The translations under genes were made by a program, and so were the position numbers. Positions 18,453-28,623 of a DNA stretch of 64,000 bases are shown in pieces (position 1 is the stretch's first letter; every line of letters starts with the position of its first letter). Source of the stretch: Candidatus Scybalosoma faecavium (lineage in GTDB: Bacteria > Bacillota > Clostridia > Christensenellales > Christensenellaceae). The stretch is from assembly GCA_018716135.1 (NCBI GenBank), contig DVKG01000009.1, positions 37,525-101,524 on the forward strand. Direction: 5' to 3'. The notes below the pieces were generated by a model that was not told the origin of the DNA, searched no databases, and saw only the letters and a list, made by a program, of their open reading frames with translations.

Positions 18453-19106
18453 CTATCCCACGATTTTTTCCAGCAGCTCCTTCAGCTCCTGAGTGTTTTG
18501 AACTACATAATCCGCGCCGCAGCCGCGCATCTCGTCCTCCTCGCCATAGCCGTACAGCACGGCGATGCTCGTCAGCCCGAGCTCATTAGCGGAAGTAATA
18601 TCAGAGGAGCGATCTCCGATCATTATACAATCCTCCGGCTCAGCTCTCAGCTCGTCCAGAGCGGCGCGCAGGACTCCTATCTTGCTGTCTCGGCCCAGAT
18701 TCTCTGCCGCGCCCCACTGCCCTGACATCATGTTCTCAAGCTCAGCGTGAACCCCTATTATCGCGTCCGCCTGAGGCTGAGGCTTAAGAGTTGCTATGTA
18801 GTTTTTGCCGCCGAGATTTTTCACGGTCTCTCCGCACTCCGCCACTCCCGGATATACCTCGCTCATCCGCAGTCCCTCGCCATTGTAATTCGAACGGAAA
18901 GTAACTATAGCCTCGTCAATCTGCTCCTCCGGGAATTTAAAATACTCACTCACGGTGTATCTCAAAGGCGGCCCCAGTCCCAGTTTCATTGTGCTCTCGG
19001 GGGGAACCGCTCTGCCTAGCTTTTCAAACATTTTTTCAAATGCCCAAAACAGCCCCGGCTTGCTGTCCATCAGAGTTCCATCCAGATCCCAAAAAACGTA
19101 TTTCAT
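18453..19106 (-). CDS. HAD-superfamily hydrolase (phosphoglycolate phosphatase-like)
   Basis: 217 aa with motif I FWDLDGTLMDS. Confidence 0.75.
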   Translation of the reverse strand: MKYVFWDLDGTLMDSKPGLFWAFEKMFEKLGRAVPPESTMKLGLGPPLRYTVSEYFKFPEEQIDEAIVTFRSNYNGEGLRMSEVYPGVAECGETVKNLGGKNYIATLKPQPQADAIIGVHAELENMMSGQWGAAENLGRDSKIGVLRAALDELRAEPEDCIMIGDRSSDITSANELGLTSIAVLYGYGEEDEMRGCGADYVVQNTQELKELLEKIVG

Positions 19107-19135
19107 CTTACCCTCAATCTCATTTTTGCCTGACT

Positions 19136-19900
19136 CTATTCTGCAAGCTCGCAGCGCATTTTTTCTAAGTCGAAGTAAACCTCAACCATAGTCAGCCCAT
19201 GCGCCGGAGCCGTAGCTCCTGCGTCCGGTCTGCTCCGGCTTTCGAGTATATCACGAACCCATTCCGGATTCTGTTTATGCTTCCCCACATCTATAAGCGT
19301 ACCTGCGATTATTCTGACCATATTGTATAAAAAGCCATCGCCGTATACGTCAATATCTATGAAATCTCCGCGCCTGCTCACTCTCAACGCAAATATTGTG
19401 CGCACGGTATACGTTATCGGAGAGCCCGCCGCCTGAAAGCATTTAAAATCGTGCTTTCCTTCTATTATCTTGGCGGCTCTGATCATGGCGTCCACATCCA
19501 AAGGCATCCGTACATGAGCCGACATATTCCTGTAGATCGCACTCGCATGAGCCGCATTGCATATCGTATAGCGGTAATGCTTGCCTTTTGCGTGCTTTCT
19601 GACATGGAAATCTGCCGAGACCTCTCTCGAGCTTTTTATACGTATATCCGGCGGCAGTATATTGTTCATCACGTAGCACATTTTCTCCGGCGGTATCGTT
19701 GTTTTTACGTCACAGTGCGCCATCTGCCCCAAGGCGTGAACCCCTGCGTCCGTCCGCCCTGCGCCCGCCACGTGTACGCTTTCTCCCGTTATGCCGGTCA
19801 GAGTATCCTCGATGACCTCCTGAACAGTAACAGCGTTTTTTTGACGCTGCCAGCCCGAATATGCCGTTCCGTCGTATTCAATTTGAAGAAGTATTCTCAT
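19136..19900 (-). CDS. truA: tRNA pseudouridine(38-40) synthase
   Basis: Start moved to ATG 19900 (MRILLQIEYDGTAY), which overlaps the ecfT stop (ATGA). Catalytic GAGRTDAGVHA. Confidence 0.92.
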   Translation of the reverse strand: MRILLQIEYDGTAYSGWQRQKNAVTVQEVIEDTLTGITGESVHVAGAGRTDAGVHALGQMAHCDVKTTIPPEKMCYVMNNILPPDIRIKSSREVSADFHVRKHAKGKHYRYTICNAAHASAIYRNMSAHVRMPLDVDAMIRAAKIIEGKHDFKCFQAAGSPITYTVRTIFALRVSRRGDFIDIDVYGDGFLYNMVRIIAGTLIDVGKHKQNPEWVRDILESRSRPDAGATAPAHGLTMVEVYFDLEKMRCELAE

Positions 19901-20703
19901 AAGTAAATTATTATTGCAGCGCCCAACACAGCCGTAACCCCCGCAGCTATCCAATCCGCCGCATGAATATGAAGCTGCTTCATGCGTGTTCTGCCTTTCC
20001 CGCCGTTGTAGCAGCGCGATTCCATCGCGACCGCCAGTTCATCCGCTCTCTTAAAAGAGCTGACAAACAAGGGAACGAGTATCGGAATCATTCCCTTTGC
20101 TCTGGCGAGTATGCCGCCTGTGTCGAAGGCTGCGCCTCTCGCCGTCTGCGCTTTCATTATTCTATCCGTTTCCTCCATAAGAGTCGGAATAAACCTCAGC
20201 GCAATGCTCATCATCATAGCTATCTCATGAGCCGGAAATTTAATTTTCGCCAGCGGCCGCATCATGCTCTCCATACCGTCAGTCAGCTCCATAGGAGAAG
20301 TCGTCAGCGTCATGACTGTCGTCGCGCTGAGCAAAAGTATCAGTCTCAGCGCTATCTTAACCGCTCCTGTCAGGCTCTCTTCGGTAATCGTAAATATCCA
20401 CCAGTCGAGCAGTATTTTCTCTCCTGATATGCAGAATATATTTAATATAAACGTCATTATCAGTATCCATCGCAGCGGCTTTATGCCTTTTATCAAGAAT
20501 TTCAGTGATATACGAGACATAAGCATTGCCGCAACTATAAACGCCGCGACAGCCAGATACCCCCACCACGTGTGTATGACAAACACCAAAACTATCAGCG
20601 CGATGGCTATAACGAGTTTGAACCTCGGGTCGAGCCTGTGTATAATAGAACTGCCGGGGAAGTATTGCCCCAGAGTAATGTTTTTAAGCATCTCTGCCTC
20701 CAA
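19897..20703 (-). CDS. ecfT: ECF transporter transmembrane component
   Basis: 268 aa, multi-TM, N-terminal ..ITLGQYFPGSSIIHRLDPRFK... The start could instead be ATG 20691. Confidence 0.88.
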   Translation of the reverse strand: MEAEMLKNITLGQYFPGSSIIHRLDPRFKLVIAIALIVLVFVIHTWWGYLAVAAFIVAAMLMSRISLKFLIKGIKPLRWILIMTFILNIFCISGEKILLDWWIFTITEESLTGAVKIALRLILLLSATTVMTLTTSPMELTDGMESMMRPLAKIKFPAHEIAMMMSIALRFIPTLMEETDRIMKAQTARGAAFDTGGILARAKGMIPILVPLFVSSFKRADELAVAMESRCYNGGKGRTRMKQLHIHAADWIAAGVTAVLGAAIIIYL

Positions 20704-22444
20704 TCACACTCGTTATCGCACGTCTCACTTCGTCATAGCGAATCAAATCACGAGAGAGATTCCATCCTCCCTCGCGCAGCTTTCTGACCAGCGTCGCCGC
20801 CTCCGGAAGATCCAGGTTGCACTCTCGCAGCTCCTCATATTTAGAAAACACCTCGCGCGGAGTCCCGTCCATTAATAGCTTTGAATCCTTCATGGCTATT
20901 ACTCTGCTCGCATATTCTGCCAAGCCGTCCATATTATGAGAGATCATTATAATTGTCGTGCCGCATTCATTAAGGCTGCGAATAAGCTCCATAAAGCTCT
21001 CTCGAGCCAAAGGGTCCAACCCCGCTATAGGCTCGTCCAGCATCAAGACCTTCGGCTCCATAGCGAGCACGCCCGCTATCGCCACTTTTCGCTTCTGCCC
21101 GCCGGATAAATCAAACGGAGACTTGTCCTTTACCAATTCATAATCCAGACCTACCATCTCTATCGCCGTTTTTACTCTGTCTTCTATTTCGCTCTCGTCT
21201 ATGCCTACCATACGCGGTCCGTAGGATACGTCGCGCGTCACGGTTTCTTCAAAAAGCTGATATTCCGGATACTGAAAAACAACCCCCACGTTTCTTCTGA
21301 GCCATTTTCTGTCAAAATCCTTCGCCAATATGTCCTTACCTGCTATGACTATACGGCCGGACGAAGGTTTTATCAGACCTGACAAAAGCTGAAGCAGCGT
21401 GGATTTCCCGCTTCCCGTATGACCTATTATGCCTACAAATTCTCCGGGCTGAATGCTGAACGAAACGTCGTTCACCGCTTTGTGCTCAAACGGCGTTCCC
21501 TCTGCGTAGCACATGGTAAGCCCCTGAACTTCTACACTTACGTCATGAAGCGGTTTTTCTCTTTTCGCAGCTGCATATGCTATAGACGAAAATCTGCTGT
21601 CTTCTGGAGCTAACGCTAATAGCTCCTCTGTCAGCTCGTCCATATCTATCGTAACGTCAGGCAGCTTTACGCCGTCTGCAATTAAATCCAAACTCATATT
21701 AGCAGGAAACGGCGGAATGAGACCTGTTTGCGCTATGAGCTCTCTCTGTCTCAGAACCTCTTTCGGCGTCCCCTGTGCAAGAATTCTCCCATCCAGCAGC
21801 ATATATACATAATCTGCCTTGGCGGCCTCCTCCATATAATGCGTAATAATCACAACAGTCATTTTCTGCTCTTTGTTGAGCTTATGGATTATCCCCATTA
21901 TTTCTTTTCTGCCTCGCGGATCGAGCATGGCCGTCACTTCATCAAATACTATAAGACGCGGCTTCATCGCCAGCACGCCGGCTATGGCTATTCTCTGCTT
22001 CTGACCTCCGGAGAGCATATGAGGCGCGCGGCGTTTAAATTCGCTCATGCTTACAGCTTCGAGAGCCTCATCCACTCTCTCTCGTATTTGCCTTGGCGGA
22101 AGCCCGAGATTCTCAGGGCCAAAAGCGACGTCCTCTTCTACTACTGTAGCTACGAGCTGGTTATCCGGGTTTTGAAACACCATTCCGGCTGTTTTTCTGA
22201 TTTCCAGTATAAGCTCTTCATTGCTGGTATCCATACCGTCTACTATAACCACGCCGTCCGTAGGCTCGATTATCGCATTTATTAAACGTGCAAATGTGGA
22301 CTTTCCGCTTCCGTTGTGTCCTAATATTGCGGTCACGCTGCCCTCTTTGATTGATATATCCACTCCGGCGAGCGCAAGCTGAGTCATTCCGTCTTCCAGC
22401 GGGTAAGCGTATTTTACATTTTCAGAAACGACTATATCCGGCAT
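20684..22444 (-). CDS. ecfA: Fused tandem ECF transporter ATPase (EcfA1-EcfA2 in one polypeptide)
   Basis: 586 aa, single ORF with two complete ABC cassettes. Walker A motifs GHNGSGKST and GHTGSGKST. Signature motifs LSGGQKQR and LSGGQKRK. Confidence 0.88.
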   Translation of the reverse strand: MPDIVVSENVKYAYPLEDGMTQLALAGVDISIKEGSVTAILGHNGSGKSTFARLINAIIEPTDGVVIVDGMDTSNEELILEIRKTAGMVFQNPDNQLVATVVEEDVAFGPENLGLPPRQIRERVDEALEAVSMSEFKRRAPHMLSGGQKQRIAIAGVLAMKPRLIVFDEVTAMLDPRGRKEIMGIIHKLNKEQKMTVVIITHYMEEAAKADYVYMLLDGRILAQGTPKEVLRQRELIAQTGLIPPFPANMSLDLIADGVKLPDVTIDMDELTEELLALAPEDSRFSSIAYAAAKREKPLHDVSVEVQGLTMCYAEGTPFEHKAVNDVSFSIQPGEFVGIIGHTGSGKSTLLQLLSGLIKPSSGRIVIAGKDILAKDFDRKWLRRNVGVVFQYPEYQLFEETVTRDVSYGPRMVGIDESEIEDRVKTAIEMVGLDYELVKDKSPFDLSGGQKRKVAIAGVLAMEPKVLMLDEPIAGLDPLARESFMELIRSLNECGTTIIMISHNMDGLAEYASRVIAMKDSKLLMDGTPREVFSKYEELRECNLDLPEAATLVRKLREGGWNLSRDLIRYDEVRRAITSVIGGRDA

Positions 22445-22504
22445 ATGAATTCCTTTCTTTGCAAAAGCGCCCGTTGACGCTCCTGTTCATTCGGTCTGAA
22501 AATT

Positions 22505-22560
22505 TTAAAATAATACAAAACAAGGCTAGCCTTCCGCTCATCTGCGCCAAGACTAGCCTT
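22505..22560 (-). terminator. Intrinsic terminator after rplQ
   Basis: AAGGCUAG ... CUAGCCUU hairpin followed on the minus strand by GUUUUGUAUUAUUUU. Confidence 0.65.
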
Positions 22561-22595
22561 ACTTCTCAGTTATTTTCAGGTGCCGATAGCATCAC

Positions 22596-23108
22596 TTAAA
22601 CCAGCTCGAGTACGACCATCTCAGCCGCATCGCCGCGTCTCTGTCCGAGCTTGATTATGCGAGTGTAACCGCCGCCCTGACCCAGCTCTTTAGCGCGCTT
22701 ATCGTACTTGGGAGCTATCTCGCGGAACAGCTTCTCTACTACGGGATGCACGTTATCCTTTGTACGCTGGTTATAGTTGTATTTGCTCTCCTTCTCCTGC
22801 TTAGCCTGCGGCACATCATACAGATATGCCATGAGCTGACGGCGAACAGCGAGCTTCTCGGGAGCATCGTTCACGAATTCTTTTTCTGTCACGTTGCCTG
22901 CATCGTCTTTAACAGACTTTGTAACAGTAACAGTATTGTCATACTGATGTATAGCCTTTGTTATTAATTTTTCGGCGATCTTGCGAACTTCTTTAGCACG
23001 CGGAGCCGTAGTTGTTATCTTGCCCTCCCAGATAAGCGCAGTAACCTGATTTCTGAGCAGCGCCTTTCTCTGAGCGGAGGGTCTTGAGAGCTTATTAATG
23101 TTGGCCAT
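22596..23108 (-). CDS. rplQ: 50S ribosomal protein L17 (long form, 170 aa)
   Basis: bL17 N- and C-terminal blocks with an internal insertion. Last gene of the alpha operon. Confidence 0.9.
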   Translation of the reverse strand: MANINKLSRPSAQRKALLRNQVTALIWEGKITTTAPRAKEVRKIAEKLITKAIHQYDNTVTVTKSVKDDAGNVTEKEFVNDAPEKLAVRRQLMAYLYDVPQAKQEKESKYNYNQRTKDNVHPVVEKLFREIAPKYDKRAKELGQGGGYTRIIKLGQRRGDAAEMVVLELV

Positions 23109-23145
23109 TTTCGCTCTTTCCTCCTGGATATGTCAAATTTTAGTA

Positions 23146-24090
23146 TTAGTCGTCTTGCCTGAGGCTAAGTCCCAAGGCGGCGAGCTTTTGCTGTACCTCC
23201 TCGAGCGACTTTCTGCCCAGATTTCGAACTTTCATCATCTCTTCTTCGTCCTTCTTAATCAACTCTTCGACTGTGTTGATTCCTGCGCGCTTGAGGCAGT
23301 TGTAAGAACGCACGGAGAGATCCAGCTCTTCTATAGTTATTTCAAGAACCTTTTCTTTCTTAGCGTCGTCTTTCGTAACCATTATCTCTACGTCGCTTAC
23401 GTGATCTGTAAGACCGATGAACTGCGCGAGATATTCGCTCAGTATACGAGACGCAAGAGATACGGCTTCATCCGCTTTTATCAAGCCGTTTGTCCAAACT
23501 TCAAGAGTCAGTTTGTCATAGTCCGTGATCTGACCTACGCGCGTATTGCTGACTGTAAAGTTAGCTTTTTTAATAGGCGTGAAGAGAGAATCCACAGGGA
23601 TAATGCCAATAGGCATTCCGGGTGTCTTGTTCTTGTCGGCGAGGACATAGCCCTTGCCGCTGTCCACGGTCACTTCCATACAAAGCGCCGCTTCGTCGTC
23701 CAACGTCGCAATATGGAGGTCTCCGTTCACGATTTCAACATCAGCATCCTGAGACAGCATACTTGCTGTAACTTCACATGGACCGTACGCCACCAGTGTA
23801 AGCGTCTTCGGGCCTTCTGAATGAAGCTTAACATTCAGCTTCTTCAGATTTAGTATGATGTTGGTCACGTCTTCACGAACTCCGGATATCGTCGAAAATT
23901 CGTGCAAAACCCCGTCTATCCTCACCTTTGTGACTGCCGCACCGGGCAGACAGCTGAGCAGTACGCGACGGAGCGAGTTGCCAAGCGTCGTACCAAAGCC
24001 ACGCTCCAGCGGTTCCATCACCAGCTTCGCGTAGCTCCAGTCGTCACTGTGCTCTATGCATTCAATTTTCGGCTTTTCTATTTCTAGCAT
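23146..24090 (-). CDS. rpoA: DNA-directed RNA polymerase alpha subunit
   Basis: 314 aa with ..[15 protein letters not shown].. and a C-terminal domain containing ..[16 protein letters not shown]... Confidence 0.97.
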   Translation of the reverse strand: MLEIEKPKIECIEHSDDWSYAKLVMEPLERGFGTTLGNSLRRVLLSCLPGAAVTKVRIDGVLHEFSTISGVREDVTNIILNLKKLNVKLHSEGPKTLTLVAYGPCEVTASMLSQDADVEIVNGDLHIATLDDEAALCMEVTVDSGKGYVLADKNKTPGMPIGIIPVDSLFTPIKKANFTVSNTRVGQITDYDKLTLEVWTNGLIKADEAVSLASRILSEYLAQFIGLTDHVSDVEIMVTKDDAKKEKVLEITIEELDLSVRSYNCLKRAGINTVEELIKKDEEEMMKVRNLGRKSLEEVQQKLAALGLSLRQDD

Positions 24091-24132
24091 CTAAGGTAAC
24101 CCCTCCTTATCGTTAGCGTGGACAACTTATTA

Positions 24133-24756
24133 TTACTTGGAGTACAACTCGACGATGTAGTGCTCCTCGATTGTAAGATCGATATCCTCTCTCTCAGGCA
24201 GAGCAACAACCTTGCCCGTGAGCTTTTCAGCGTCAAATTCCAACCACTTGGGAGCCGGACGTCCGCCCTGCTCTGCAACAGCTTTGAAACGCTCCTTCGA
24301 AGCGCTCGTTGGCTTAACGGAAACGACCTGACCGACATTCATTCTATAAGAGGGAATGTCTACTTTATGACCGTCTACCAGAATGTGACCGTGCATGACG
24401 AACTGACGTGCCTGAGCGCGGCTTTCGCCAATGCCCATGCGATAAACTACGTTATCGAGACGGCGTTCGAGCAGCTGGAGCAGGTTCTCACCTGTAACGC
24501 CCTTCATCTTAACTGCTGTATCAAAATAACCTCTGAACTGACCCTCCAGCATACCGTAAGCACGCTTAACCTTCTGCTTCTCACGAAGCTGAACGCCGTA
24601 TTCAGAAAGCTTCTTTCTGGATACTCCGTGCATACCGGGTGCCTGCGGACGTCTTGTGTAAGAGCATTTGCCGGAATAGCAGCGATCGCCCTTTAAGAAC
24701 AGCTTTGCGCCTTCGCGTCTGCAAAGACGGCAAACCGAACCTGTATATCTTGCCAT
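24133..24756 (-). CDS. rpsD: 30S ribosomal protein S4
   Basis: 207 aa, [16 protein letters not shown]... Confidence 0.97.
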   Translation of the reverse strand: MARYTGSVCRLCRREGAKLFLKGDRCYSGKCSYTRRPQAPGMHGVSRKKLSEYGVQLREKQKVKRAYGMLEGQFRGYFDTAVKMKGVTGENLLQLLERRLDNVVYRMGIGESRAQARQFVMHGHILVDGHKVDIPSYRMNVGQVVSVKPTSASKERFKAVAEQGGRPAPKWLEFDAEKLTGKVVALPEREDIDLTIEEHYIVELYSK

Positions 24757-24771
24757 AGTGTAAAATCCTCC

Positions 24772-25164
24772 TTAGACCCTTCTGCGCTTAGGCGGACGGC
24801 AGCCGTTGTGCGGGATAGGCGTAACGTCCTTGATGAGCGTAACCTCGAGACCGGCTGTCTGAAGCGCTCTGATAGCTGCTTCACGACCGGAGCCAGGGCC
24901 CTTTACATAAACCTCTACCGTACGAAGACCATGCTCCATAGCAGCCTTCGCTGCTGTTTCTGCTGCCATCTGAGCCGCAAAGGGAGTGGACTTCTTAGAA
25001 CCGCGGAATCCGAGCGCGCCTGCGCTGGACTGTGAAAGCGCGTTGCCCGCGAGGTCGGACATCGTAACGATAGTGTTATTAAAGGAGGAACGAATATGAG
25101 CCGCGCCGCGCTCGATGTTTTTCTTTTCTCTGCGCTTTCTGATAACTCTCTTACCTTTAGCCAT
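24772..25164 (-). CDS. rpsK: 30S ribosomal protein S11
   Basis: 130 aa, uS11 sequence. Confidence 0.97.
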   Translation of the reverse strand: MAKGKRVIRKRREKKNIERGAAHIRSSFNNTIVTMSDLAGNALSQSSAGALGFRGSKKSTPFAAQMAAETAAKAAMEHGLRTVEVYVKGPGSGREAAIRALQTAGLEVTLIKDVTPIPHNGCRPPKRRRV

Positions 25165-25177
25165 TTATGTTCTCTCC

Positions 25178-25546
25178 TTACTTTTTCTTACCTGCGACTG
25201 TACGCTTCGGACCTTTTCTTGTGCGAGCGTTAGTCTTTGTACTCTGACCGCGGACAGGCAGACTCTTTCTGTGTCTCACGCCGCGATAGCATCCGATTTC
25301 AACCAGACGCTTTATATTAAGGCTTACTTCACGACGAAGATCGCCTTCTACTTTAAAGTTCTTGTCTACATACTCACGAAGCTTAGCCAGATCGTCTTCA
25401 GAAATGTCTTTGACTCTGATATTTCCGTCTACGCCTGTTTCCTTCAGTATGCGCTGCGCAGAGGGCAGACCGATACCATAGATATAGGTCAGGCCAATCT
25501 CAATGCGCTTTTCTCTGGGCAAATCTACCCCAGCGATACGTGCCAT
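25178..25546 (-). CDS. rpsM: 30S ribosomal protein S13
   Basis: 122 aa, [14 protein letters not shown]... Confidence 0.97.
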   Translation of the reverse strand: MARIAGVDLPREKRIEIGLTYIYGIGLPSAQRILKETGVDGNIRVKDISEDDLAKLREYVDKNFKVEGDLRREVSLNIKRLVEIGCYRGVRHRKSLPVRGQSTKTNARTRKGPKRTVAGKKK

Positions 25547-25734
25547 TAATGGAATACCTCCGAATAAAGTGTGATATTTAATGTAGTTTCTTTATTATTT
25601 ATAATAGACCATGTGCGTCCGCTCATTTGCATATGAGTATAGTACCCTGCCGCATACGCCATCGGTCAGCATATCCGCTGCCGTATTAAGCAGTATACCC
25701 ATTCAGCCGCTGCAATTAAACTTCCGCGCAAGGC

Positions 25735-25763
25735 ATATTGAAAGATTTAGGCTTACATATCAA
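25735..25763 (-). promoter_or_regulatory. Possible internal promoter of the alpha operon
   Basis: On the minus strand: TTGATA (25763..25758), 17-nt spacer, CAATAT (25740..25735). This would give a ~180-nt rpsM leader. Confidence 0.4.
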
Positions 25764-25823
25764 TAAGCGCAACTCTGCTTTCCAGAGAAGCGCGTAAGCC
25801 CTGAGCAAATAATTCCGGGTCGC

Positions 25824-25937
25824 TCAGCCCTGCTTCTGCTTGTGCTTAGGATTCTGACAGATAACCATAACTTTGCCGTGGCGTTTGATTATCTTGCACT
25901 TTTCGCAGATAGGCTTAACACTGGGTCTTACCTTCAT
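25824..25937 (-). CDS. rpmJ: 50S ribosomal protein L36 (zinc-binding form)
   Basis: Not in the ORF track (37 aa). My translation is [45 protein letters not shown]. Confidence 0.95.
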   Translation of the reverse strand: MKVRPSVKPICEKCKIIKRHGKVMVICQNPKHKQKQG

Positions 25938-26080
25938 GATAGTTTCCTCCTTAGATAAGAGCATAGCCCGCCCCCGGATTTGAGGCGTGCTTGTTTATTT
26001 TATACTTATTTTGGTTATAGTTCAATGCCTGCCAGAGCATTTTATTTAAAATTTACAATTTGTTCACATTTTATGCGAAT

Positions 26081-26605
26081 TTATTTTTGCATCAGCTTTT
26101 TGTCTATCGCTAAATTCAGAAATTTTTCAGCGAGACTTCCGTGCAATATGTTATCTTTAGCCTCTTTTGGCGTAAACCAAACCGCACTGTCGATTTCATC
26201 TGCGTTTAAATGCGAGATGTCATCTGAGCTGACACAGCATGCAAAATTGACCATCAATGTATTGCTGCGTTCGAAATACTCCGTCTTGTTGAATGCAAAA
26301 TCTATTACATCCAATCCTGTCTCTTCTTTCACCTCACGCACCAGCGCATTCTCTGCCGTTTCGCCTCTGTTGACAAATCCGGCTACGAGTATATATTCCT
26401 CTTTGCCGTGCTGCTTCGTCAGGAGAATCTTATCTCTGGACGGAGCGAATATCTCCGTACTTATAGCAACATTAAACATCGGAAAGCGAAAGTCGCCGCA
26501 CGTCTCGCAGTATGGTATTTCTTTGCCTTCCGATTCAAGATAACGCATTTTCAGCTCATCGCCGCAGAACATACAGTGTTTCATTATCTGCCTTTGCCTC
26601 TCCAT
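26081..26605 (-). CDS. NUDIX hydrolase with an N-terminal zinc ribbon (NudC-like, lacking the NudC N-terminal domain)
   Basis: Zinc ribbon CMFCGDEL..x..YCETCGD, then the Nudix box [23 protein letters not shown]. An alternative start at ATG 26584 overlaps the infA stop (TAATG). Confidence 0.8.
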   Translation of the reverse strand: MERQRQIMKHCMFCGDELKMRYLESEGKEIPYCETCGDFRFPMFNVAISTEIFAPSRDKILLTKQHGKEEYILVAGFVNRGETAENALVREVKEETGLDVIDFAFNKTEYFERSNTLMVNFACCVSSDDISHLNADEIDSAVWFTPKEAKDNILHGSLAEKFLNLAIDKKLMQK

Positions 26606-26808
26606 GTTATTCTGCCCCTCGTCAGGTCATAGGGAGAGAGCTCTACTTTTACAGTATCTCCCGGCAGAATTCTAATATAGTGCATACGCAGTTTACCCGA
26701 AATATGCGCCAAAATCTTGTGTCCGTTCTCCAGTTCTACCTCAAAAGAAGCGTTCGGGAATGCATCTGTAACCTTACCCTCTACTTCTATTACATCACTC
26801 TTCGACAA
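26584..26808 (-). CDS. infA: Translation initiation factor IF-1
   Basis: S1-like OB sequence ..[35 protein letters not shown]... TTG 26808 is preferred because GGAGG lies 9 nt upstream. The track GTG at 26817 abuts the SD directly. Confidence 0.93.
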   Translation of the reverse strand: MSKSDVIEVEGKVTDAFPNASFEVELENGHKILAHISGKLRMHYIRILPGDTVKVELSPYDLTRGRITWRGKGR

Positions 26809-27088
26809 GTTGTTCACCCTCCTTTTTTAATTTATATCCGCTGACCGCGCTTTTAACCTCAGCGTCGAATACCTTCGCGCCCGAGAGGAACTTCTCGCCT
26901 ATGGGCGATATCTCCGGAGTGAGCCGCAGGTGCTTTAGCTTTTTGCGCTTTGGTCGCTCAATTCTGCGCATTGTGCCATCTACTATCTCGACGTAGCGTT
27001 CGTCAAGTATATTGCATATCATGAAATACCTTCCCTTGTCTCTGCCCTGCCTTGATTCGCAGAACATACCCGGTCTAGGTTCTATCAT
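26795..27088 (-). CDS. KOW-domain RNA-binding protein (conserved between map and infA in Clostridia)
   Basis: 97 aa with the KOW-like block ..[13 protein letters not shown]... The position between map and infA fits this family. Confidence 0.65.
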   Translation of the reverse strand: MIEPRPGMFCESRQGRDKGRYFMICNILDERYVEIVDGTMRRIERPKRKKLKHLRLTPEISPIGEKFLSGAKVFDAEVKSAVSGYKLKKEGEQLVEE

Positions 27089-27843
27089 TCCATACCCTCC
27101 AAAAGCGTCAATATCTCAGGTTCGCCGTGGCTGTTTATTGCGATAGTGTTTTCGTAATGCGCCGCAGGCTTGCCGTCTTTCGTGCAATATGTCCATCCGT
27201 CGTTTCTGACCACTACCGTGGGCTTCCCCAGCGTTATCATCGGCTCGACCGCCAAGGTCATTCCTTCGTGCAGCTTGGGGCCGCGTCTCTTGGTCACGTA
27301 ATTAGGCACATCCGGCGGCTCGTGCAGCGACTGACCGACGCCATGGCCGACCAACTCGCGCACTATACCAAAACCATATGGGCGGACGTATTCCTCAATT
27401 CCGCGGGAGATATCCACAACATGATTGCCCGGCACGGCGTTCTTAATTCCTTCGAAGAAAGACTGCCTCGTCACTTTTATCAGTTCCTCTACCTCCGGCG
27501 CAATCTCGCCTACGGGGATAGTTCTCGCCATGTCGGAATGATAGCCGTGAATAACCGCGCCCATGTCCACGCTTATTATATCGCCCTCGTGCAGCTTGCG
27601 CTCTGAAGGAAAGCCGTGTACTATCTCCTCGTTCACTGATGCACAAATCGTTCCGGGAAAACCATTATAGTTTAAAAAGTTAGGCTGTGCGCCTCTGGAT
27701 ATTATATAATCGTAGGCTATTTTATCTAATCTTTTTGTCGTTATACCCGGCCTGACCGCTTCGATCACCTTCTGCATCGCTATCGCGGCGATTTCCGCAG
27801 CCTCTCTCATTTTTTTCAGTTCTGATTCGGATTTATACGTCAT
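27085..27843 (-). CDS. map: Type I methionine aminopeptidase
   Basis: 252 aa with metal-ligand blocks (..DIISVDMGA..HGYHSDMARTIPVG..). Confidence 0.95.
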   Translation of the reverse strand: MTYKSESELKKMREAAEIAAIAMQKVIEAVRPGITTKRLDKIAYDYIISRGAQPNFLNYNGFPGTICASVNEEIVHGFPSERKLHEGDIISVDMGAVIHGYHSDMARTIPVGEIAPEVEELIKVTRQSFFEGIKNAVPGNHVVDISRGIEEYVRPYGFGIVRELVGHGVGQSLHEPPDVPNYVTKRRGPKLHEGMTLAVEPMITLGKPTVVVRNDGWTYCTKDGKPAAHYENTIAINSHGEPEILTLLEGME

Positions 27844-27878
27844 TTTGCCCTTTCCTACTTAATTCGCCGCGAACACAA

Positions 27879-28496
27879 TTATTTAGTCAGCGCCGCCATG
27901 CACTCAGCCGCCACAGCCTCTACCGATTGATTCGCCTCAATAGTCGTGACTATGCCTTTCTCCTCATAGTATCCCACGAGAGGAGCTGTAGACTTTTCAT
28001 AAACTTCAAAGCGATTGCGGACTGTCTCCTCATTGTCATCGGGACGAGTGTAAAGCTCGCCATGGCACTTGTCGCACTCTGCCTGTTCGCCTATAACGTG
28101 AGTGTTGTACACTGCGCCGCAGCTCTTGCAGACCTTGCGGGAGCATATTCTGTCTATTATTACATCTACTGTTGTAGACAGATTTATAACAGCATCTATC
28201 GTTGCAATATTGTCAAGAGCCTTAGCTTGCTCGACCGTACGCGGGAAACCGTCAAAAAGGATTCCTCCCTCTGCGTTTTTGAGCTTTTCTGCTACCATGT
28301 CGATTATCACCTGATCAGGTACCAAGTCGCCTTTGTCAATGTAAGACTTAGCCATCTTTCCCAGTTCTGTGCCCTGCTTTATTTCGCTTCTGAGCATATC
28401 GCCGGTGGAGAGGTGCTCAAGATTGAGCTTCCCTTTGATTTCTGCCGCAATTGTACCCTTGCCCGCTCCGGGAGGGCCTAAGAAAATTACATTCAT
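27879..28496 (-). CDS. adk: Adenylate kinase (zinc-lid type)
   Basis: Start moved to ATG 28496 (MNVIFLGPPGAGKGT). The LID carries CKSC..CDKC. Confidence 0.95.
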   Translation of the reverse strand: MNVIFLGPPGAGKGTIAAEIKGKLNLEHLSTGDMLRSEIKQGTELGKMAKSYIDKGDLVPDQVIIDMVAEKLKNAEGGILFDGFPRTVEQAKALDNIATIDAVINLSTTVDVIIDRICSRKVCKSCGAVYNTHVIGEQAECDKCHGELYTRPDDNEETVRNRFEVYEKSTAPLVGYYEEKGIVTTIEANQSVEAVAAECMAALTK

Positions 28497-28623
28497 TCTA
28501 TTATTTCTCCTAATATCGTCGAAAAACGCTTCACCTTGACATATATGCAAGGCGCATTTTGCCTATGCGCACTAAAGCCGCAGCAGGAGGGGCGGCCTCC
28601 ATACTGCGTTCGTGCTTTACTTA

